Assembly: GCF_964204645.1 (NCBI RefSeq)
Contig: NC_134027.1
Coordinates: forward strand, 1,396,485-1,460,484
Reading direction: 5' to 3'
Length of the DNA: 64,000 bases
Source of the DNA: Tubulanus polymorphus
Lineage: Eukaryota; Animalia; Nemertea
Shown here: one piece after another, positions 39,329-64,000 of the stretch
Layout: every line of letters starts with the position of its first letter
Position numbering within the stretch: the stretch's first letter is position 1
The notes under the pieces: generated by a model
Told to the model about the DNA's origin: nothing
Database searches by the model: none
Seen by the model: only the letters and a program-made list of their open reading frames with translations
Translations under genes and position numbers: made by a program

Positions 39329-39810
39329 GTAGGGTCTCACGATGCCATCAGATTCAAATCCCTGCTGAGGGAGGAACGCGACAGAGTCTCACGATGTCAT
39401 CAGGTTCGAATCCCTGCCGAGGGAGGAACGTGACAGAGTCTCGCGATGCCATCAGGTTCAAATCCCTGCCGAGGGAGGAACACGTGACAGAGTCTCACGA
39501 TGTCATCAGGTTCGAATCCCTGCCGAGGGAGGAACGCGACAGAGTCTCACGATGTCATCAGGTTCGAATCCCTGCCGAGGGAGGAACGTGACAGAGTCTC
39601 GCGATGCCATCAGGTTCAAATCCCTGCCGAGGGAGGAACGCGACAGAGTCTCGCGATGCCATCAAGTTTAAGTCCCTGCCGAGGGAGGAACGTGGGAGAG
39701 TCTCACAAGTGTCATGATGCCATCAGGTTTAAGTCCCTGCTGAGGGAGGAACGTGGGAGTCTCACAATAATACCATGCACACTGAAATCTCTGTCGAGGG
39801 AGGATGCCCA
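39329..39810. repeat. 52-bp minisatellite with a B-box-like GGTTCGAATCC core, about 8-9 copies
   Basis: Unit ACAGAGTCTCACGATG(C/T)CATCAGGTTCGAATCCCTGCCGAGGGAGGAACG(C/T)G, starting at 39381, 39433 and onward. Dispersed relatives at 15168-15290, 28315, 28590 and 51212. Confidence 0.92.
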
Positions 39811-42800
39811 GCAACTTAGAGATAGAAAATAGATACAGTAGATTCCTTGACGATTTAAATATTTTTTCAACCGTAATAATCCGTGGTAAGCAGCAAATCT
39901 ACAGCTTTTTTCATAATATATAAAAAAACCTGATGATATGACTAACAACATTCTAAAAAGTATTTTGAATAAATAACACATGAAATTAATATTTACCTAC
40001 CTATGAATGATAAGAAAATAATCAATAATCAGCTCAATAGAAACGGATAGAAATATCGAACAATTGAAAACAACAATAAAAACAGCGATATAAATTTCAC
40101 TTGATTTATGGAACACGAAGAAGGAAGTTTGAAATTATCCGTACCAAAACAATCCATTGTAAATATTGATTGTATGATGCCGACTGTGAGAGTATAGGTT
40201 CATACTAAAATGACTCATTGAAATAGCTCTCAGTATGCGCATACACACGCTGTAATATAAATATCTGATGATAAATGTCAGGCTCACAGAGAGTTATATT
40301 TAGAATCGCTGGAAAATTGCTGGCCATGAGTTTCAGACCACATTTGGTAATAGTCCCCGTCAGTTGATCTACATTCATTTCGTTATGAGTCAAAATCAGT
40401 TCGTTTTCTAATTACAAAGTTAAAAAGTCGATCGATAAATGCGCGAAGGGAAAACGTAACTTTTGGAATTCGAGTCCAATAATTCGGAAGCTAAGATTCA
40501 TAAAATCTATGTACTGAAACTTTATACGAATAGAACAATGAGAAACACTGATTACATGGAAATAACCATGAATCAACGCAATGAATTTCATACCAGCTTT
40601 AACGAGGCAATTAAAATTCATGAGTTGTGGGGTAGATCTAAAACCAAGTCTAAAATTGTGACCTTTTCTAACACATTTCTAACCAATCTAACAACTTAAG
40701 ACCAGTCTAAGCTCATTTCGGTTCTAGGGCCCTATAGACACAACAACTTAAGACCAAAGCTTATTTTGGTTCTATAACCAATCAAACAAATTAAGACCAG
40801 TCTAGTTAGCTCACAATGACGACACCAATCCTGTGCAAGTAAATTTCAGTGTTTAGATTTAAAACCAATTTTCGACTGAAGTCACAACTGCACAACTGTA
40901 GGGCGGCCCCTCGCTCAAATTATCTCATTTTGCTCATGATTTATTCAACAACGAGCTTCGATTATAATTCAAAAAAATATCCTCGAGCAAGAAAATTACG
41001 CTCGCAAACGATTACTTACAATTCTACATGAAACATCGTAAACTGTTCAGAAATAACATCCAATAAACATGTGACAGACAGAACGAATTATATCAATTAC
41101 AAACCTACGAATGTATGTCACAAATATAGACAACAGTTGAAATATGAAATGAATGAATGAATGTTTCTATGTACGTTCACTACCGGCTGTAATTACTGCT
41201 ACTCAAAATTATGCAATATTACCTGAAACTCGTGAGGTGAAAATTACTACAACAAAACAAAGTTCTGAACAAAATTCGACAAGTTTCTGAGCTGAATGAT
41301 TACTTTAGGACATTAATATACCCAGATCTAAAATACCTTCACATCTACAGTAGCTGGGTCAATTTATAAAACTAGCATCAACTTTAATCTAAAAATAGGG
41401 AATAGTTCCTCTTATTTGAATTATTAAACAATCCTGGCTACAGGCCTAAAAACTTGGTCCAGTATAAAACCAGTCCCTGGCCTCTCATTAATTGGTCCAG
41501 CACGTCAAGGGGCTTTCAGGCCAAATACGATGAAAGATATTTAGCCTACGGTGAAAAATAGCACCTACCTATTCCAATACACTGCATGTTAATCAGAAAT
41601 CATAAATAAACAGCTAATATTATTACATATAAGTTAATTCATAATCCACAAACAGCGAGACTTTGAATCATCAATAAACTAAAAGACTATCATTATATAC
41701 ATACAACATCCAATGTGAAATGAGAGTGATGATAACTGCTGCAGTTATTTTAGTTCCTGTTAAAGCTCGCGGGGAAAACAACAAAAACGTGTCATCATAT
41801 CGCGTTTAGTTTAATATCCTGAATACTGGATCTCGCATCTCGTGGCACTGACAAATTATCTCTGAGCATACAGTATTCTCCATATAGGCTACTGGAATTT
41901 CAAAAGAGCTGTATCGGTTGTTAAGTGTATGATTTCATGGCTGCTGAATTAGCAAGGCTTTCGATCACCGCAAAAATACAGACAATTTAAAAAACCTAGG
42001 TGCAGCAGATACTCATAAGAGGTGGCTGATCTTCAGGGGGTTGATATTATAAAAAGTGAAAGGGTGGCCGCCTCTTTAAGACCTCTTGCAGAGAATGCTG
42101 GATGCAGTCACATACGATAGATTGAGTAGGAAAAGGAAAATCTGAAATATAATTTGTCCTTGTGGTAATTCTGAGGCAATCAATACCATGGCCAGTACAC
42201 AGTCTACAACAGTATAAAAACTAGACGAGGTATCTTTATAGACGTTTTTCAAATCCAGCCCATATTACTAGGACTGAATTATTTGTTCAAACGATAAAAA
42301 TCAGGATGAATTTTCATTTAAATGCAGCGATGTTGCAAAAAGAATTTATCACGCTCGCATCAAGTATTCAAAATGAGATTCTTTAAAATTTACAATATTT
42401 TTGAAGAATATAAGTTTAAATCCATCCCAAGGAATATTCTTTCAAATCGACTCAAAAATGATTATGATTCATGATTAAAAAGTGAAGTTGAAGAATTTAA
42501 AAAAATCTAGTACTGAGAAAAAATCGTAAATTCATTCATTCATTCATGAGAAAACAGGAAATTCAAGTTGACTCATGAAGGCATTGTGTGAATTAGCCTA
42601 AATACTAAACCGAAACAGCATCATAAAAATACAGGAGATCTATCTAGTCTCCCTTCAAAATACATACTTTCATCCTCTCTTCAATAGGTCTATGAACACT
42701 TTCACTGAACCCCCCCTCATAATACACACACTTTCACTGTCCTCTCACCATACATACAAATTCTTTCACTGTCACTGACGAGTCCCAATACTACAGTACT

Positions 42801-43119
42801 TCATTGTCGCCTCACAATACACTGACACTTTCACTACTGTCATCCCCTCATAAACTAGGCCTAACCTACAGACAATTTCACTATCTCGTCCCGCGTGCCG
42901 CCTTTTTGTTGAAAAAAAAAGACAGGAATGGTCGGACGGGGTTAGCAGCGTCACTAGCGTCAACAGTCACCAGAAGAGAGTCAGACTGAGGGTGGTGTTA
43001 CTCTATCTACGTTTGCTTAGTTCAAGTTCAAGTAGACCTCTACTTAAAGTCACGTGGACACGCATACACATCAATACATTCAAAACACCCCTATCGAAAT
43101 CAGAAAATATTGACCTTAC

Positions 43120-43200
43120 CCCTTTGTTAAATACTCCTGAACAACTTTTTATTTAAAAAAAAGTTGAAAACTTTATGAACTTCCAGAGAACCCGGAAGTA
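43120..43200 (-). promoter_or_regulatory. Probable PAK promoter and non-coding first exon
   Basis: Donor G|GTAAGG at 43119 on the minus strand, an ATG-free upstream stretch and an ETS-type CCGGAAGT at ~43192. The exon holding the PAK ATG has a CAG acceptor at 39204-39206. Confidence 0.5.
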
Positions 43201-43967
43201 ATTCGTTCGAACATGTAAAGGTAGCGACCGCTCGCTATGGATGTTATACTAATTACCAAATTCAATTCATTTCAAATCTTTATTGATGAATTGAGACGAT
43301 TTAAGGAGATTCTTTGCCTAGGGTATTTTTTACCTAGGAGATTTTTTACCTAGGCGAGGATTTTGATGAGAAAATAAACATCATAGTTGAATACCCGCAA
43401 TTGTTTTTTGCTGGTTTTACTTTATCATTTATTGACGCTAAGAATACTTTTCTCTCTCCCACTAGGAGCGCAAAAAATATTTGTTGTGATGAGTGATTTG
43501 TCGCCGCCTAACTATACTAAAACACTGAATTTCAATGACCATTTAACAGGACGAGTTTGAATTCTAACACTTGTAACTGGTGTTGTTTTCGAACGATCTC
43601 ATAAACTGTTTCTTCTCTGCCTGACAAAATAATTCTATTTTCGCTTATTTGACAAAACGTCCCGTGAATTGAAAAAAATACATAATCAGTTTTTGCAATG
43701 ACGATTCTATTCTTTACAGATTTTTATGGCATATTATGGTAATGAAATCAATTTTGCATGATACAATTTATTATCCTATTAAATTGCTGTAGGGTTTAAA
43801 TCTATTTACGTATTGACATCGAGAGCAAAAGCAGGCTAAATATATTTCATTAGAGTGAAAAAGAAATTCTACTTAATTTCAGACACATTGTTTTTAGACG
43901 AGTGTACTTAGTGTTATGCTTTGACGTAGTTTTCGGTACTCGATCTCTCCATATGGCACTGCAAAAA

Positions 43968-44081
43968 GGCCCCGGATCGCCTGGACATAAACTAGACTTC
44001 TTTTAGCTCGGTACCGTTCAAATGGCCCGGGATCGCCTGGACATAAACTAGACTTCTTTTAGCTCGGCACCGTTCAAATGG
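43968..44081. repeat. Tandem duplication of a ~56-bp segment
   Basis: GGATCGCCTGGACATAAACTAGACTTCTTTTAGCTCGG(T/C)ACCGTTCAAATGG occurs twice. Confidence 0.9.
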
Positions 44082-44242
44082 AAAAGCCTTCTACTCATAG
44101 ATTCTCAACTCAGAATCCAGTCGACTCAAAAAAATGTATTTTCGTAGTGGAACGCATGAATTCTCTGATGTAACACTTGTACTGGTGTTGTTTTCGAACG
44201 ATCTCATTTAGGACTGGTCGCCTGTTCAATTCAGCACTACCT

Positions 44243-44556
44243 GAGGCGCTTTTAAGAAACTGAATCTTTGTAAATCGATTTAAGTTTCACGTTTACGGCA
44301 CACGGTGTAGTGAATCCGATTTAGTAAATCAATGCGTTTGTGGAAACGGTTTAGTAAATTAATTTATTAAATAGACTAACTTGCTATCAATAATTCGGTC
44401 ACCATGACGCCCATTTTCTTTTGAATCGCGACCTTTAAATTGATAAATTGATTCGATTCATTTACGAAAAACAATTCGATTTACTAATCCTTTCGGTTTC
44501 CGACATCGAATCAGATTTAGCTAATCCGAATCAGATTCAATTTCGTAAAGCGCCTC
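44243..44556. mobile_element. Second copy of the GAGGCGC-terminus MITE
   Basis: Reverse complement of 35011-35392 with an internal deletion. Termini GAGGCGCTTT / AAAGCGCCTC. Confidence 0.8.
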
Positions 44557-47416
44557 TGCATTCGCAGTCGAATACAGTAACTGAAGGTAGAGACCGGCAC
44601 CCAGTCTAGACTTCTAGCAAATCATTACCCGCATGCCACAGTAGGAATATAGCGTTGTCTAATTAGTTCACATGTTCCCCGCCAACGTTCTTTACAGTGA
44701 CAGCACCTGACGGTTGATAGAGTAGATAGAACATCAATGTTGAGCCCCTGAAATACACTTAAATACCCAAACACATCAAGTTTCAAGAAGAAAACGGTCT
44801 TTGATAGTACAGGACTGATGCAGAGTTGTAGATAGAGTAGCTGCACAAACCTGGCGTTGAGTCAGTTAAACGTTTAGAGATGTATAGTACTTTATATTGT
44901 AACCATGAAAAAATATCAAATATGACATTTCTTTACTTCTATCATCTTGACAAGCCATAATCTGGAGACTGATGTGTTGGCATCCAATTCGACATGTTCA
45001 ATTACAGAAAAAATACAACAAACTCATTTTTCTTTTTTTTTCATAAAACTTGGTACTTTATTCGTCATTCTCTGATATCACAAAATGTATTTTTTTAATG
45101 TGAATATTTTACGTTATTATTTATACTCAATTTTTTTAAATATCTACAACATATTTTCTACAGTAGCGCGGAGCAGTATATAACAGTAGACCAGAACGAA
45201 TTGATTCAAGACTTATTTACGATTTGAAAATGCAAGTCCTGGTCAGTCAATTATCATCGACATCATTATCATTCGGAAAATACCGTATTCATTCATATCA
45301 CTGAAAAACACAAAAAAAAGACACTTCGCAGGAATTATTCAAAACTCAACCAGTTGCACGGTTCAAAAACGTTCTTATATCTTCAGATTAGCCTTATTAG
45401 TTACTAGATTGGTTATAGAACTAAGATGAGCTTAGAATGGTCTTCTCGTTATTAGATTGGTTATAGAACTAAATATAAACAGAAGAATTAGATTATTAGA
45501 CAATGTAAGGAAAAAACATCAAATTAAACACAATTAAATCCAAACACAAGTTGAATTTTCACTTGACTAGCACTCAATTTCAGCATAACTTATCGAAGCC
45601 ATTCAAAAAACTTCCCAGAATTTTACTCCTGACGTCCAAGCGTTGTACTATAATTATCAAGAAGATCCTGAGTCTCCTGATGAAAGATTGCTCATCCCAG
45701 TTCCACAGTCGAGAGTTGGATAGTTGGTTGCTAAAATTCAACTACAAGTCAAACTTGCTTAAGTTGCCATAGGTGTGACAATCATTTTGTTGAGGACTTA
45801 TCAAAATAACAGTTTACACTTGTAAATTGGGGCTAAAAAGAGGATTTCAGTAATGCGATAACAACTTAAGTGAGTTTGACAGTATATAAATAATTTCTCA
45901 CAGAATGGTGCAACTGTTTCCTGGCATACAATGTATTACTCTAAGCCTTAGGCCTGCACAATTTCAACAAAGCCGGTTTTTTAAGATTTTTGTACTTAAT
46001 TTGTATTTTCTCATGTCGTACTGAAATTTACAACTCATCGTAATAACATCGATATAAAAAGCAGCATCCATAGATTTCCAGTTAACCATTACGTATGCAT
46101 ACTGTAAATGATATTCCACACGATGAAGTCGGGGATTAAAGTTACTTTGCAGACAATACCCAATACCTGCGGACAAGGTATTGGAATCAATACATTCATT
46201 CATTTCACTCAGTAGAGGCATATTTGTATATACAGCCTTAATATGTAAAAATACTACAAACTGACATTTCACTCTCGAATACAAACTTAATAATAATACA
46301 TGTATCCAAGCTTTTTTCACGATTTTTTGTACAATTTTTCTCCGACCTTGCAAAATCTATTTAGGACATCAATTGAATTTCTTCCTCGTTTCAAACATAG
46401 TTTTGCCACAATTGAATGAATGTAGCTAATTTCATAACCAACAACTGGGTATCCCTTATAAAGAACAGATTTTCTGGTCTTCAGCAATTGTTTGTAACTC
46501 AGTCTCAGTGAATATTTGACACGGTCTACTGTATATGAGGATATGAAACTGCTTTATCCCCCGATGTTCAGAGTAGTCAATAAAACATCTAAAGCCTTTG
46601 ATTGATAGTACAAACATAGTAAACAAACATTCTACTATTCATAATTTAAGTACAATTAATCGATTTTAGTTTAAGTTTGCAGCCTGGACCACTTCAGACA
46701 TTTCATATCAACATTATTCTAAATTTTCATCCAGACTCATGTCTACATGTGTTCAGTGCTTCACCTGAGACATTTATAATCAAAAATTAACTACAAACAC
46801 CAGTAGACATTTTTTCACGCTGCGATATTGAATGTCTGATGCGGTTGTGGGCCATTGATTGATACCTGTATTTGTGTGAGTGGCTTCTATATAGAATATT
46901 GGAGTTGATTACTCCATTATTTCTATATACACTAACAGTAGTGTTGAGGTGTGGTGCATGATGTACTCTTCAGATCTCTTCACAATAAACGCACAACTTA
47001 ATGCAGATGAAATTACATATTATTTTGTATGAAAAAAGAACACTAATAATCATTTTCAATGTAACAAGATCGCTATCCATAAACAGTCAAATGTTCCTTT
47101 TGTGACGACTATTGGGAAAATCTATAGCTGGCCGACTGGCACCCTTCTTATTACATTTCATTACATGTACTAGCACAATCATGGATGCCTGACTGGCAGC
47201 CATCTCGAGGACAACCAGAAATATCCGAATGGTTGCCATTTCGAGGCACAGAAAATCAGGAACATAACAGTTTCTCAGCCGAGATACAACCCTACGTGGC
47301 TGCCTGGTAGCAATCTCTGAGTCTTATGAATATTCCACATATAGTAGTCGGAAATGTTGACGACAACCTTAGATGGTTGCCTGGTAGCCATCTTGATGAA
47401 TAATTCACTTTGTTCG

Positions 47417-62854
<15,438 letters not shown>

Positions 62855-64000
62855 TTACTGAAATATTAGAATCTACAACAACTCATTTGATATGCTATAT
62901 ATCACTTTATTACTATATACACCTGAAATATGTATTCAAGGTAAAAAAAGTCTAAAAATGTGACATGTTTTGCACTATCGTCACTAGAACCTATTCTTTT
63001 AACCTTGTCATGTCAGACGAAGACTTAGGCCTACACCAATTTCAATTACCGGTATTCTATGTTTCTAGAATACGCTCATACAGTGACACATACGCGACAT
63101 AAAATCAGCAGAAATTTCTGCATATTTCATAAGGTTTAGAAATTCATGAAATTCAAAATGTCATCAACTTTTGTCGCGAGCGTAAAACACCTGAAAATAG
63201 TAACAGTAAGCAGAGGAGGAGAGAAATGTCATCTCTCCAGGGACGAGGATAATGACATCATTTCAAAATGTCAATTTCCTAACCACTAGGCACCTATGCT
63301 CCACGTAGCTGCATTATAAACACCTCTCTGACTGTTTAAATGATTCTATCTATTAATTCATGAATCCATCACGAGATGACGAACACAAATAGTGAAATCT
63401 GATTTCAGATCCGGTGCATTCATATAAAATGAACATTAAATCTATAGGTTTTAGTATGATATATCACCAGGATACTTCACGCAGAGATAGCCACAGTTAT
63501 TGATGTATCACATGTATAAGACTGTCTCTTAAATCTTCCGTTAGTTCGTTTCTAGTAGAGATGACCTTCTACTGGAATTTACGTATCTACAGGGTTAGGT
63601 TTATCAACTCTGACCGGCTTAGAGGTTCAAACCATCATTCAACGGTCTCTCGTCAATACAGATTCATGGGTTTGAATCCCAGTGATGGCAGAGTTTATTC
63701 GTCAGGGGTTCTTCTCTGGCCTTTCTGTAGGTTGAGGAGAACCTGTTCATACTAATGCCCTGAGTGACACTAAATGGGTTGAGGGAAACCTGACGAGAAT
63801 GGTTACTTGCTGTATAGTGATTGTCGCAGTGAACAGTGATAAAACACCTGTAGGGAACAGAATTCCAACAGATCTCTCCCCGGTCACAGATAATGATGTC
63901 ATCAATGTCAGGCGGTTGATTTGATGGCCTCATTAACGGTCTGCGGATAAACTCAGTGGTTTCAGACGTATCTGTTGTGACAGACAGTAATCGTTAGTGG

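Noticed and set aside
43485-43560. Possible C/D-box snoRNA (GTGATGA ... CTGA)
   Set aside because: The boxes are too close, with no terminal stem or recognisable rRNA antisense element.
45964-46353. 129-aa minus-strand ORF
   Set aside because: It lies in the AT-rich probable SRPK 3' UTR, with no true ATG start or domain.

Overview
Eukaryotic, intron-rich, AT-rich animal DNA, probably from a lophotrochozoan invertebrate (inferred from gene content; the taxon cannot be proven from the sequence). Splicing the exons by hand gives seven protein genes. They are a secreted EF-hand protein (-), a Cys-rich, probably GPI-anchored protein mostly missed by the ORF track (+), a family-B (7tm_2) Methuselah/adhesion-like GPCR (+), a 14-exon SLC6 monoamine transporter of the octopamine-transporter type (+), a 4-exon Kunitz / Pro-Lys-repeat / cationic-helix precursor (-), a p21-activated kinase (-) and a 5'-truncated SRPK kinase (-) with a U12-type intron. 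There are two intact tRNA genes (Ile-AAT, Pro-TGG) and two tRNA-like relics. The non-coding DNA holds MITEs (TAA-TSD Harbinger-like, TTAA-TSD piggyBac-like), long fold-back palindromes and many minisatellites, several of them amplified pieces of dispersed repeats. One such repeat carries a CTCF-like motif. The most striking candidate for something new is the Kunitz precursor, which has a GKR/KR processing site, a Pro-Lys rod and a cationic two-Cys C-terminal peptide. No CRISPR array or prokaryotic system is supported. All coordinates were counted by eye and may be off by a few bases.
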